Source of the DNA: a virus
Length of the DNA: 64,000 nucleotides
Virus record (IMG/VR): IMGVR_UViG_3300044949_001773
Coordinates: 32,001 to 96,000 of that record
Direction: 5' to 3' (one strand)
Positions 18,359 to 26,859 of this stretch are shown one piece after another. The translations under genes were made by a program, and so were the position numbers. The notes beneath the pieces were generated by a model. It was not told the origin of the DNA. It did no database searches and saw nothing but the letters and a program-made list of their open reading frames with translations. How positions within the stretch are numbered: the first letter of the stretch is position 1; every line of letters starts with the position of its first letter.

Positions 18359-18495
18359 TATCGTCCACAACTCCATATAAACTGGCAGAAATTATTCGTG
18401 ATACTTGGCCTGGTCTTTACAATCCACTAAAACCATCTTATAATAACCAAAAGGACACTCATAATGAACGAATATTGGATAGTAAAAAGCCATAA
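18355..18495 (+). CDS. Small hypothetical protein
   Basis: MISSTTPYKLAEIIRDTWPGLY..., 46 aa. Confidence 0.55.
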   Translation: MISSTTPYKLAEIIRDTWPGLYNPLKPSYNNQKDTHNERILDSKKP

Positions 18496-18736
18496 AACTG
18501 GAAGAGTTATTGCACATTGCGGTGATATCAATGATGCTATTATGATGGTAAGTTTTGACCCTCATAATAGATCTTATAGTCGTCACCGTTTTCTTAGTGA
18601 CCAAGTGATTGATGTTTTTTCTACAACAGATAAACAACTTCCCGGTCAAATTGGATTACCTTCTGGAAAAATAGAACAACTTAATTCCTATATGGAAAAA
18701 CTTCCTGAAGGTGTTGGTGATCCAATAATAGTATGA
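18464..18736 (+). CDS. Hypothetical protein
   Basis: AAGGA SD; tightly packed with neighbours. Confidence 0.65.
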   Translation: MNEYWIVKSHKTGRVIAHCGDINDAIMMVSFDPHNRSYSRHRFLSDQVIDVFSTTDKQLPGQIGLPSGKIEQLNSYMEKLPEGVGDPIIV

Positions 18737-18930
18737 ATCATAGAAAACATAAGCAAGCGAGAAATCAAAAGAAGAAAAAGATGTATACTCCCGAGGGATA
18801 TCTTCTAGATCCTCCAGATGCCGTTTGTCCACATTGTGGAAAAAAGAATAAACCTTGTTCTTATGTAAATAGTTTAAGTCGTTCTTGGGCGAGAAATGCT
18901 TGTGCTAAAAAGAATTCAAAACTTTCTTGA
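18733..18930 (+). CDS. Basic, Cys-containing hypothetical protein
   Basis: CPHCG...C...C; ATGA overlap. Confidence 0.6.
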   Translation: MNHRKHKQARNQKKKKMYTPEGYLLDPPDAVCPHCGKKNKPCSYVNSLSRSWARNACAKKNSKLS

Positions 18931-19041
18931 AAGAGATCAAGACATTACAGTGTATGATGAGTGGCATTATATTTACATCACTATAAAAGAACTCATTAAA
19001 ATCTTAATCACTAAATAAAAACAATAACAATTTATTTTTAT

Positions 19042-19278
19042 ATGAAATTTACAATTTATTCAAAGGATGGATGTCCGTATTGCACTAAAGTTCAACAAGT
19101 GCTAGAATTGACAGAACTTCAGCATGTAGTCTATAAACTTGGCGTTGATTTTACCCGTGAAGAATTTTATTCTGAATTTGGACAAGGATCAACATTCCCT
19201 CAAGTTATTGTAGATGAAAAACATATTGGAGGATGTACGGATACGGTTCAATATCTCAAGGAGCAGAATCTAGTTTAA
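19042..19278 (+). CDS. nrdC: Glutaredoxin
   Basis: CPYC, TFPQV and IGGCTD motifs. Confidence 0.93.
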   Translation: MKFTIYSKDGCPYCTKVQQVLELTELQHVVYKLGVDFTREEFYSEFGQGSTFPQVIVDEKHIGGCTDTVQYLKEQNLV

Positions 19279-19643
19279 TGGACAATAATTTCTACGAGGT
19301 CTATTACGATGTTGAGCGAGCAATTGATTTGGCATTTGATGGACATTTTGTTCTAAAATTTTATGATTATCTGAAGATCAAAAATGCCAAAAAGAAAGAA
19401 GTTGATGAGTTTATTGAAAGTAAAACTGCCGAAAATATCAATAATGTAGTATTGGATCTTGAAGAATATTTAAAAGGAGGATCTGACGAAGAGCATAAAC
19501 AGTTAAGGGAAGCCTATGGATTTGTATCAAAACCAGAAGCCAGAAAAATAAAAAATTATCTTTTTAATATTTTACAAGATGCGTCGAGATATAGTAAAGA
19601 AAAAAGACCGGGAAGAAAACCCAAACAGGTTTCAAATAAATAA
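19278..19643 (+). CDS. Conserved cyanophage hypothetical protein
   Basis: ATG at 19278 overlaps the glutaredoxin stop; LREAYG..KPEARKI. Confidence 0.7.
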   Translation: MDNNFYEVYYDVERAIDLAFDGHFVLKFYDYLKIKNAKKKEVDEFIESKTAENINNVVLDLEEYLKGGSDEEHKQLREAYGFVSKPEARKIKNYLFNILQDASRYSKEKRPGRKPKQVSNK

Positions 19644-19656
19644 AGGTGTGGAGTTA

Positions 19657-19785
19657 ATGCTCCGAAATAAAAATAAAAAGGGAGAAGAACAGCAAACCAA
19701 CTTTAAAGTTGAATTTGGAAAAATGATCTCTCTTTTTAAATGGGAGTTTCATTTTCTGTTTAATTTTTCAATATTAAACAAATAA
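19657..19785 (+). CDS. Small hypothetical protein
   Basis: GGAG SD precedes MLRNKNKK... Confidence 0.5.
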   Translation: MLRNKNKKGEEQQTNFKVEFGKMISLFKWEFHFLFNFSILNK

Positions 19786-19803
19786 ACTCTCGGAGGTAAT
19801 CTC

Positions 19804-20034
19804 ATGGAATCTGCTTTTATGGTCTCATTTGCTATAATGCTCACTATACTATTTTTTTTAGTTGGTGGAGTTATTGGTTGGTTAGCTAATAGGCATCTTA
19901 TAGAAACATCTCCAAAGTTTATGCATCCTGAATTTATGGATGAGAATGGGAATATAATTCCTGACGAAATACTTGCTGTACGATTCGAAAATGACTATGA
20001 CGACTACGACTACGAAAACGAAGAAGAAGACTGA
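19804..20034 (+). CDS. Small membrane protein (DUF2973-like)
   Basis: N-terminal TM segment, HPEFMDENG, acidic tail; GGAGG SD. Confidence 0.65.
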   Translation: MESAFMVSFAIMLTILFFLVGGVIGWLANRHLIETSPKFMHPEFMDENGNIIPDEILAVRFENDYDDYDYENEEED

Positions 20035-20590
20035 TACTGTAAATGATCAAATAACGATCCCGGATCTTCCTCCAAATCCTTTTATCTTTGAAGTATTGGA
20101 GCTTGCATCTAAGCAAAGAACAAATACTAAAAAAGTTGAGGTTCTTAAAAAATACGAAGATCCTTCTATTAAATCAATTTTTATCTGGAATTTTGATGAA
20201 AGTGTAATTACTTTACTTCCACCTGGAGATGTTCCTTATGCTTCTACTGATGAGCAGACTTCTTACAGTGGGACTTTAAGTGAAAAAATTAATGATGCTG
20301 TTTCTAAGATGAGTGAACTTAGAAGCAGTTCTTTGGGATCTTCTGATCAAGGAAGATCATCTATTAGATCAGAATACAGAATGTTTTATAATTTTATAAA
20401 AGGTGGTAATGATACTCTTAGTTCTTTAAGAAGAGAGACTATGTTTATCAACATTCTTCAAGGACTTCATCCTAAAGAAGCGGAGATTTTAGTTCTTGTG
20501 AAAGATAAAAGGTTGACGGATAAGTATAAAATTTCTTTTGAGATTGTAAAGGAATCCTATCCAGATATTACTTGGGGAAACCGTTCATGA
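19991..20590 (+). CDS. Conserved T4-like cyanophage hypothetical protein
   Basis: LPPNP..FEVL, WNFD...LPPGDVPY and RRETMFINILQGLHPKEA. Confidence 0.75.
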   Translation: MTMTTTTTKTKKKTDTVNDQITIPDLPPNPFIFEVLELASKQRTNTKKVEVLKKYEDPSIKSIFIWNFDESVITLLPPGDVPYASTDEQTSYSGTLSEKINDAVSKMSELRSSSLGSSDQGRSSIRSEYRMFYNFIKGGNDTLSSLRRETMFINILQGLHPKEAEILVLVKDKRLTDKYKISFEIVKESYPDITWGNRS

Positions 20591-20922
20591 GTGTTGTTCT
20601 GGAGAAACCTATGGCGAAATATGATGGACCAAAAATCAATCCAACTCCTTCGGAGTATGGATGTGAGGTCCTTTTAGAAAAAACTACTTTAGATAAAGTA
20701 AAAGATCCATCATACCCCAAAGATGCTCATATTGTAAAATATGTAGTAAATAACGAAGAACATATGGATCTTTGTAGAAGTGGTAAGATGGTCAATATAT
20801 TTGATTTCTACTACGATAAGTATGGACCAAACTCTGTCCGAAGTATTGAATGGGGATATGGAAAACTAAATCCAAAATTATGGGGGTATAAAGCTCCTAG
20901 TAGCAAGGGGAGAAAAAAGTGA
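20587..20922 (+). CDS. Hypothetical protein
   Basis: IFDFYYDKYG...GYGKLNPKLWG. Confidence 0.7.
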   Translation: MSVVLEKPMAKYDGPKINPTPSEYGCEVLLEKTTLDKVKDPSYPKDAHIVKYVVNNEEHMDLCRSGKMVNIFDFYYDKYGPNSVRSIEWGYGKLNPKLWGYKAPSSKGRKK

Positions 20923-21137
20923 ATAAGGGATTTGGTAAAAACAAAAAAAAATTTAAAAATCTGGAAAATATAAACGATGAGCTTTCTGTTGTAAAAGTAA
21001 ATTACAATGAAGTAGATGTTATACTAAAGAAATATAAAAAATTAAGAAAGTATATGAATACTTCTATTTTTGAAATAAAAACCATGGACGGAACTGAAAC
21101 TATTATAAATGATTTATTAGCTGAAAATAATGACTAA
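20919..21137 (+). CDS. Hypothetical protein
   Basis: GTG start with GGGAG SD; packed between neighbours. Confidence 0.6.
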   Translation: MNKGFGKNKKKFKNLENINDELSVVKVNYNEVDVILKKYKKLRKYMNTSIFEIKTMDGTETIINDLLAENND

Positions 21138-21464
21138 ATGGGAAAACATTATCTTTTAAACCTTTACGGTTGTTCTTTTGTTCTTTTAAACGACGAAAAA
21201 GCTTTAATAGATTTGCTTGAAAATGCAGCAATAGCTAGTGGAGCAAATGTGATTCAAACAATCTCAAAAAAGTTTGATCCTCAGGGAGTTACTGTAATTT
21301 GCTTATTGTCAGAAAGTCATATAAGCATTCATACTTGGCCTGAAGATGGAAAAGCCGCTGTAGATGTATATACCTGCGGTGATTGTAATCCAAAAATTGG
21401 ATGTGATATGATTATCCATCAACTTTACGCTCAAAATCACACTTTAAGTTATATTGAAAGGTGA
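21138..21464 (+). CDS. speD: S-adenosylmethionine decarboxylase proenzyme
   Basis: GKH..., F.PQGVT...LSESHISIHTWPE...DVYTCG. Confidence 0.93.
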   Translation: MGKHYLLNLYGCSFVLLNDEKALIDLLENAAIASGANVIQTISKKFDPQGVTVICLLSESHISIHTWPEDGKAAVDVYTCGDCNPKIGCDMIIHQLYAQNHTLSYIER

Positions 21465-21494
21465 ATGCTAAATAATCTTATCTGGAGAACACAT

Positions 21495-21812
21495 ATGCTT
21501 TCTACACAATATAGACTTCGCCTTGAGGAAATTTGCGATAAAATTTCAAAAGGAGAATCTGTTGAACTAAGCGATATGATTTGGGTAGAAAAACTCGCAA
21601 AAGCAAATAGATCTGCCGCTACTATTTTGAGACAGGCAAGACGAAGAGCTTCTAATCCTAATATGCAAGAGGGTAGCCTGGATCATTTTATGAACGCCTT
21701 AGATCTTGGTGATCCGGATCCATCTAATCATAAGACTGGATTTCAAGGTCCTGATGATATTTTAGATTTCTTTACCCAAGATAAGCCGGACGATTGGAGA
21801 CAAAGAGATTAA
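21495..21812 (+). CDS. Conserved cyanophage hypothetical protein
   Basis: MLSTQYRLRLE...LGDPDPSNH; GGAG SD. Confidence 0.7.
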   Translation: MLSTQYRLRLEEICDKISKGESVELSDMIWVEKLAKANRSAATILRQARRRASNPNMQEGSLDHFMNALDLGDPDPSNHKTGFQGPDDILDFFTQDKPDDWRQRD

Positions 21813-21815
21813 AAT

Positions 21816-21868
21816 TGTAACAAAAGTTACAAAAGTACTTGACTATATAATCTGAATGGGTCTATAGT
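21816..21868 (+). promoter_or_regulatory. NtcA box and sigma70 promoter
   Basis: TGTA-ACAAAAGT-TACA (GTA-N8-TAC, 21817-21830). TTGACT (21839)-18bp-TATAGT (21863). Confidence 0.7.
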
Positions 21869-21875
21869 GACCTCA

Positions 21876-21916
21876 CGTTCATCCCACATGGGACGGAAGT
21901 AAGCCGACTCGGAACG
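21876..21916 (+). ncRNA. Glutamine riboswitch-like aptamer 1 (glnA/Downstream-peptide class)
   Basis: P1 CGTTC/GAACG, P2 TCCCA/TGGGA, junction CGGAAGTAAGCCGAC. Confidence 0.7.
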
Positions 21917-21919
21917 GAT

Positions 21920-22091
21920 CGTTCATCTATGGAAACACTTTTATTGACTTGTTTGCAGGCGCAATTTATGATTGCCCGGGTAGATATGAATAAAAATATT
22001 ACTCCTAAAATTAGGAACGATATTGTTTGGGAAATTAAACAAGTTACTAAAAAAGGTTGTTTCCAAGACGCAAAAGCCGACTGAAGGAACG
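21920..22091 (+). ncRNA. Glutamine riboswitch-like aptamer 2 with an expanded, ORF-containing P2
   Basis: CGTTCATCT...AGACGCAAAAGCCGACTGAAGGAACG. P2 pairs TCT-A-TGGAAACA with TGTTTCCA-AGA and closes a 120-nt loop. Confidence 0.65.
21929..22084 (+). CDS. 51-aa peptide nested in aptamer 2
   Basis: METLLLTCLQAQFMIARVDMNKNITPKIRNDIVWEIKQVTKKGCFQDAKAD*. Confidence 0.6.
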   Translation: METLLLTCLQAQFMIARVDMNKNITPKIRNDIVWEIKQVTKKGCFQDAKAD

Positions 22092-22124
22092 CTCTTTAAC
22101 CTAAAAAACTAAGGAGAAAACCTA

Positions 22125-22262
22125 ATGTCTAAAGTAGTATATCGCGGTGTTGAGTATGATACTCAAAAGCGTTTAGAGTATCAACATCAAATGATGCAGC
22201 AACCACAACAATACAACGAAACTTATCGTGGAGTTAAGTTTGTAAAGGAGGGACATAAGTGA
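22125..22262 (+). CDS. DUF4278-like small protein
   Basis: MSKVVYRGVEYD...QHQMMQQPQQYNETYRGVKF; AAGGAG SD; directly downstream of the riboswitch. Confidence 0.8.
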   Translation: MSKVVYRGVEYDTQKRLEYQHQMMQQPQQYNETYRGVKFVKEGHK

Positions 22263-22360
22263 TGAAAAAACTTAACGTCCTTCAATTAATAAAAGAGCAA
22301 AAACAAAAAGAAGACCGTCGTTATCAGGCACAACTAGCACAGTTAGTTGGGTCAAAATAA
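22262..22360 (+). CDS. 32-aa peptide
   Basis: MKKLNVLQLIKEQKQKEDRRYQAQLAQLVGSK; TGATG coupling. Confidence 0.6.
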   Translation: MKKLNVLQLIKEQKQKEDRRYQAQLAQLVGSK

Positions 22361-22443
22361 TGATAATTATTGCACAAATTACAATAGCTTCTGCTGCAAC
22401 TATTGCTTTATTGTCATTATATATTCAGTGGTTATATAAGTAA
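22360..22443 (+). CDS. 27-aa single-TM peptide
   Basis: MIIIAQITIASAATIALLSLYIQWLYK; TAATG coupling at both ends. Confidence 0.55.
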   Translation: MIIIAQITIASAATIALLSLYIQWLYK

Positions 22444-22610
22444 TGGATTACCATTACCACTGGGATGATATGGATAAGAATAGCAGAGATCCTGCTTGTT
22501 ATCAATTAACATATCGAGGATGTAAATACTGGTCTTGTTACAGAATACATTTACGAGAGTGGTTTGAACAAATTTTGGATATTGATCCAATTTATAACAA
22601 GAGGGGTTGA
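22443..22610 (+). CDS. 55-aa protein with an LTYRG (DUF4278-like) motif
   Basis: MDYHYHWDD...CYQLTYRGCKYW... Confidence 0.6.
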   Translation: MDYHYHWDDMDKNSRDPACYQLTYRGCKYWSCYRIHLREWFEQILDIDPIYNKRG

Positions 22611-22635
22611 CGATCCCTCTTTTTTTATGTAAAAT
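22600..22635 (+). terminator. Terminator overlapping a sigma70 promoter
   Basis: AGAGGGGT/ATCCCTCT plus T run. TTGACG (22607)-17bp-TAAAAT. Confidence 0.75.
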
Positions 22636-22656
22636 GAAAAAAGAAATCTATGAGTA

Positions 22657-22833
22657 ATGAATCAACAAAAAGTAAATTTAATAATTCAAAACATTGAAAC
22701 CTTATTGGATTTGTTAAAACTTGAAGTGAAAGATCCTCTTCATGAGGAGTCAGATAACATTATTAAATTGGGAGACTTAATAAAAGGTCCAATAGATGAT
22801 TATGAACCAAACTATTATGAGGAAGAAGACTAA
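22657..22833 (+). CDS. Small acidic hypothetical protein (58 aa)
   Basis: MNQQKVNLIIQNIETLLDLLKLEV...YYEEED. Confidence 0.6.
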   Translation: MNQQKVNLIIQNIETLLDLLKLEVKDPLHEESDNIIKLGDLIKGPIDDYEPNYYEEED

Positions 22834-23021
22834 TGTATGAAGAATTAACAGCATTTGAAAGAGCACTTGCTCGATTTGGAGATAAAGTTCAATATATTGT
22901 TGGGCTTGAAATATCAAATAAAATGAATCCCGAAATGGCGTATCAAGAGATTAAAGATATGATGAGGGAACTTAAAAAACTTCGTAAAAAAGAAAAGAAT
23001 AGTTGGGAGGCTGCAGAATGA
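22833..23021 (+). CDS. Hypothetical protein
   Basis: FERALARFGDKV..GLE...AYQEIK. Confidence 0.7.
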   Translation: MYEELTAFERALARFGDKVQYIVGLEISNKMNPEMAYQEIKDMMRELKKLRKKEKNSWEAAE

Positions 23022-23770
23022 AACCAATTAAAGCAAAAGATCTTCTTGAAATCGATAAAAATCTTGAAGTCGTAATGCTTCAATGCTATACACTTCCTGA
23101 GCAAGTAATTTATCAGGCAGGAAAATGCGATTATTCAGAAACCCCTATTCATGATCAAAAAATTCCTTTTCCATCAGAATGCGGTAAGTGGGTAGTAGAC
23201 CGTCTCTTAAGCAACGAGAAAGGGCACTGGGGGCCTCTGGAACACCCCTCAATCACATTTTCTGTTTCTGGGTATGTTCATAACGTAATCGTTCAAGCAA
23301 GGACTCATAGAGTGGGTGTTAGCTTTGATGTTCAATCTCAAAGGTATACTGGAAAAAGAGTTGTTAAAGTTGCGAATGGAGAATTGAATCCTGAAGATGT
23401 TTTCTATGTACGTCCTCCTGGATTTTACACAAATCGTTACGGTAAAAAATATGATTGGACTGAAGAAGATTATCGGGATGAATTGAATTGGATTTTGGAA
23501 GGTTGTAAACGATACGCAGTAAAATATGAGAAAGGAATGTGCGAAGAGCACATTCGTGATTATCTCGCTCAAGCAATTCGTCAAAATTTTGTAGTTTCAT
23601 TTAATCTTCGTTCAGTCTTGCATTTGATGGATTTAAGAGCAAAAATGGATGCTCAACTTGAAATTCAAGCTCTATGTGAACAACTTGCTCCTCATCTTGA
23701 AAAATGGTCTCCAAATGTTTGGAAATATTATGAGGAAAAACGCCTACATAAAGCTAGGTTGTCTCCTTAA
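23018..23770 (+). CDS. thyX: Flavin-dependent thymidylate synthase
   Basis: GHWGPLEH, QARTHRVGVSFDVQSQRY and NLRS..H..DLR...AQLEI. Confidence 0.92.
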   Translation: MKPIKAKDLLEIDKNLEVVMLQCYTLPEQVIYQAGKCDYSETPIHDQKIPFPSECGKWVVDRLLSNEKGHWGPLEHPSITFSVSGYVHNVIVQARTHRVGVSFDVQSQRYTGKRVVKVANGELNPEDVFYVRPPGFYTNRYGKKYDWTEEDYRDELNWILEGCKRYAVKYEKGMCEEHIRDYLAQAIRQNFVVSFNLRSVLHLMDLRAKMDAQLEIQALCEQLAPHLEKWSPNVWKYYEEKRLHKARLSP

Positions 23771-23774
23771 ATAA

Positions 23775-23933
23775 ATGAAGACTTACTGTGTTAAAGATCA
23801 TTTAACCGGACATGTATTTAAAGTTCTTTTTTCAGAAAAAGAACTTCATGACTTTTTAGAAAAGTACCCTGATATTAAAGAATGCGTTGATTGCATAGAG
23901 TGTGAAGATGCTCCTTCACTTTATATAGAATAA
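23775..23933 (+). CDS. Small hypothetical protein (52 aa)
   Basis: MKTYCVKDHLTG...CVDCIEC. Confidence 0.55.
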   Translation: MKTYCVKDHLTGHVFKVLFSEKELHDFLEKYPDIKECVDCIECEDAPSLYIE

Positions 23934-23959
23934 ATATTACAAAATATTAAAGAATCTTG

Positions 23960-24202
23960 ATGGCAATTTACCCTATTATTAACAAAGATACTGGCGAAAC
24001 TAAAACTATAGAAATGAGTGTTCATGAAATTACACAATGGTATATTGACAATCCTGATTGGAAACGAGATTGGTCTCAAGGATGTGCCACTCCTGGAGAA
24101 GTCGGAGAGTGGAAAGATAAATTAGTCCAAAAACATCCTGGGTGGAATGATGTTTTGCGAAAAGCATCACAAGCCCCAAAATCTCAAGTAAAACCAATCT
24201 GA
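23960..24202 (+). CDS. Conserved hypothetical protein upstream of phoH
   Basis: MAIYPIINKDTGE...HPGWNDVL. Confidence 0.7.
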   Translation: MAIYPIINKDTGETKTIEMSVHEITQWYIDNPDWKRDWSQGCATPGEVGEWKDKLVQKHPGWNDVLRKASQAPKSQVKPI

Positions 24203-24207
24203 ACGAT

Positions 24208-24963
24208 ATGCCAAAAAGAAAAAGAGACACATCACCAATCGTCCCATTTGGAATGAGTAACCGACAGATGAAAAGAAAAAAACCAATTAATCTTGATGTA
24301 ATCAAGGAAATTGAACCTCTTACAGATAATCAGGAAAGATTATTTGAACGTTACAGATTGGATCAAAACATAGTTGCTTATGGGTGTGCTGGAACCGGAA
24401 AAACTTTTATTACTCTTTACAATGCCCTAAAAGATGTTTTAAATGAAAGAACACCTTACGAAAAAATTTATATCGTTAGGTCTTTGGTAGCAACCAGAGA
24501 AATTGGATTTCTTCCTGGAGATCATGAGGATAAATCTTCTCTTTATCAAATTCCTTATAAGAATATGGTAAAGCATATGTTTGAGATGCCTACTGATACT
24601 GATTTTGAAATGCTTTATGGCAACCTTAAAACTCAAGGCACTATTAGTTTCTGGAGCACTTCATTTATTCGTGGTACTACTTTAGATAACGCAATTATTA
24701 TTGTAGATGAATTTCAAAATCTTAACTTCCACGAACTAGATTCAATTATTACTCGTGTTGGAGAAAATAGTAAGATTATGTTCTGCGGAGATGCCATGCA
24801 GAGTGATTTGGTAAAAACCAACGAAAAGAATGGTATTGTTGATTTTATGAAGATCTTGCGTATTATGCCATCTTTTGATATAATTGAGTTTCAACCAGAA
24901 GACATTGTTCGTTCTGGTCTATGTAAAGAATATATTATTGCTAAGCACGAACTGAATCTGTAA
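24208..24963 (+). CDS. phoH: PhoH-family ATPase
   Basis: GCAGTGKT, REIGFLPG, RGTTL, IVDEFQN and CGD..QSD. Confidence 0.95.
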   Translation: MPKRKRDTSPIVPFGMSNRQMKRKKPINLDVIKEIEPLTDNQERLFERYRLDQNIVAYGCAGTGKTFITLYNALKDVLNERTPYEKIYIVRSLVATREIGFLPGDHEDKSSLYQIPYKNMVKHMFEMPTDTDFEMLYGNLKTQGTISFWSTSFIRGTTLDNAIIIVDEFQNLNFHELDSIITRVGENSKIMFCGDAMQSDLVKTNEKNGIVDFMKILRIMPSFDIIEFQPEDIVRSGLCKEYIIAKHELNL

Positions 24964-25652
24964 TGTTTAATCATGTAAATTTAGATCTTCCTAAACTTCA
25001 AAGAGAAGTAATTGATGGGGTTCGCTATTATAAGATCGGAGATAACTCCGATCCATTTAGAGCCGTATCAATTACTTCCGTTATTAGTCATTATAATAAA
25101 GAAATTTTTGAGAAGTGGAGAAAAAGAGTCGGTAATGAAGAAGCCGATAAAATTACTAGACAAGCGACTAGTAGGGGGACAGATGCTCATACTCTAATTG
25201 AGTATCATCTTTTGAACAAAGATCTTCCTCAAGTTCAGCCAATTTCTGAGTACTTATTTAAAATTGCTAAACCGGAGTTAAATCGTATAAATAATATTTA
25301 CTCCCTTGAAGGTTCTCTCTACAGTGAATTCTTTGGAATCGCCGGAACTGTTGATTGTATCGCAGAATTTGATGGAGAACTATCAATAGTAGATTTTAAA
25401 ACATCAAAAAGTCCTAAACCAAGAGATTGGATTGAACATTATTTCGTACAGTGTTGTGCGTATGCTTGCATGTTACATGAATTAACCGGGTTGTCGGTTA
25501 AGAAATTTGTTATTATTATGACATGCTTAAATGGAGAAGTTGTCGTTTATGAAGAAAGGGACAAAGAAAAATATATTCGTCTTTTGACAAAATATATTAA
25601 AAAGTTTGTACAAGATAAACTAATCTCAAATGACAACAGAAATAAAAACTAA
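24963..25652 (+). CDS. PD-(D/E)XK exonuclease
   Basis: SITSV, RGTDAH, AGTVDC, IVDFKTS and YFVQ..AY. Confidence 0.85.
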   Translation: MFNHVNLDLPKLQREVIDGVRYYKIGDNSDPFRAVSITSVISHYNKEIFEKWRKRVGNEEADKITRQATSRGTDAHTLIEYHLLNKDLPQVQPISEYLFKIAKPELNRINNIYSLEGSLYSEFFGIAGTVDCIAEFDGELSIVDFKTSKSPKPRDWIEHYFVQCCAYACMLHELTGLSVKKFVIIMTCLNGEVVVYEERDKEKYIRLLTKYIKKFVQDKLISNDNRNKN

Positions 25653-25899
25653 ATTACAAGATGAATTTGATAAAAAATTTATGTGCTCTGAAAAATTTGC
25701 TCGTGATATTGAAGACATTGTAAAAAATGATGAAGATATGGACTATATTAGTGCCATAGTTTATTATTGTGATATTAACAGTATTGATGTTGAGTCCGTA
25801 CCAAAACTAATATCAAAACCACTTAAAGAAAAAATTAAGTGGAACGCAATGGAATTAAATTTTCTTAAAAAAACATCTAGAGCTAAACTTCCTATTTGA
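25630..25899 (+). CDS. gp33: Late transcription co-activator gp33
   Basis: YISAIVYYC...KLISKPLKEKI..A.ELNFL; conserved 33-59-32 gene order. Confidence 0.85.
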   Translation: MTTEIKTKLQDEFDKKFMCSEKFARDIEDIVKNDEDMDYISAIVYYCDINSIDVESVPKLISKPLKEKIKWNAMELNFLKKTSRAKLPI

Positions 25900-26505
25900 A
25901 TGATTAAAATGACTCCGATTGAAGTCTATAAGACTTATGTATCTTTGAAAAATCATTTTACTAAACTTGATTATGATTACATAAAATATAATGGGAAAGT
26001 CAGGGCCAGTGAAAGTTCTTTTTATAAAAGAAAAGATAGGTTTTGGTTTGAAAAGTTAAGTAGGCAGAAAAAGGATGAGGAGATTGTAAATTTCTTCATC
26101 TCTAATTTTGCGTTAATTGATGATCCTCAGCAAGTCTGGATCGGAGAAATAATTAAAAATGGGGAAGATAATTATAAAGAATGGCAAAAAAGAATTCAAT
26201 CTCTATCTTACTTTTTCCGAGAAGAGATTGAAACTACATTTTTAAATGAAAATTTTGATAATGTATTTTATATTTCTGGATCAAAGCATCCTAAAATTTT
26301 AAAATTATTTTTGTCTAAAAAGGTTTCATTAGAAACACTAATTATCCTTGATAAAATTTTAGGATACAAAAATAACTTTGATGCTAAACTTAAAGATCCT
26401 ATTTGGGAATTGGTTTCAAATAAAATATACAAATACTCCCCATTTCTAAATATTGATATCTCAAAATACAAAGAGATATTAAAACAAACGGTAATACCTA
26501 AATGA
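25900..26505 (+). CDS. gp59: Helicase loader gp59
   Basis: YVSLKNHF..YDYIKYNGK...KRKDRFWFEKL. Confidence 0.88.
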   Translation: MIKMTPIEVYKTYVSLKNHFTKLDYDYIKYNGKVRASESSFYKRKDRFWFEKLSRQKKDEEIVNFFISNFALIDDPQQVWIGEIIKNGEDNYKEWQKRIQSLSYFFREEIETTFLNENFDNVFYISGSKHPKILKLFLSKKVSLETLIILDKILGYKNNFDAKLKDPIWELVSNKIYKYSPFLNIDISKYKEILKQTVIPK

Positions 26506-26834
26506 AATTTTTTGATTCTGAAATAGTAAAAAAAGAGCTTGAGGAAATACAATTTCTTCAAGAAAGAATTTATAACAAAATTTTCTCCCTTTCTTCTATG
26601 GACAGGGAAGAAAAATTAGATCATATACAAACGCTACAAGATTTGTTGGAACGTCAAAAAATTCTTTATACAAGATTGAAACTTTCCGACGATGAAGAGG
26701 CAATCCGAATCAGAAAAAAAATAGAAGAATCAGCCATGACTATGGGTATGCCGGAAAATTTTGATATGAATGTCGTTTTCAATAATATGAGCAATATTAT
26801 TGAAACTATGAAAAACACCATAGAGAGGGCTTGA
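26502..26834 (+). CDS. DUF1825-like protein
   Basis: FFDSEIV...Q..LYTRLKLSDD. Confidence 0.7.
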   Translation: MKFFDSEIVKKELEEIQFLQERIYNKIFSLSSMDREEKLDHIQTLQDLLERQKILYTRLKLSDDEEAIRIRKKIEESAMTMGMPENFDMNVVFNNMSNIIETMKNTIERA

Positions 26835-26859
26835 CATCCCTTCTTCGCTTTGCTAAGAT
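26824..26859 (+). promoter_or_regulatory. sigma70 promoter for gp32
   Basis: TTGACA (26831)-17bp-TAAGAT, flanked by AGGG/CCCT. Confidence 0.65.

Noticed and set aside
21931-21937. GGAAACA as a Yfr2-family motif
   Set aside because: A single 7-mer already explained by the Met-Glu-Thr codons and P2 pairing.
24963-25652. Cas4-like nuclease as evidence of a CRISPR system
   Set aside because: It is the usual PD-(D/E)XK exonuclease between phoH and gp33. No repeat-spacer array or other cas gene was seen.
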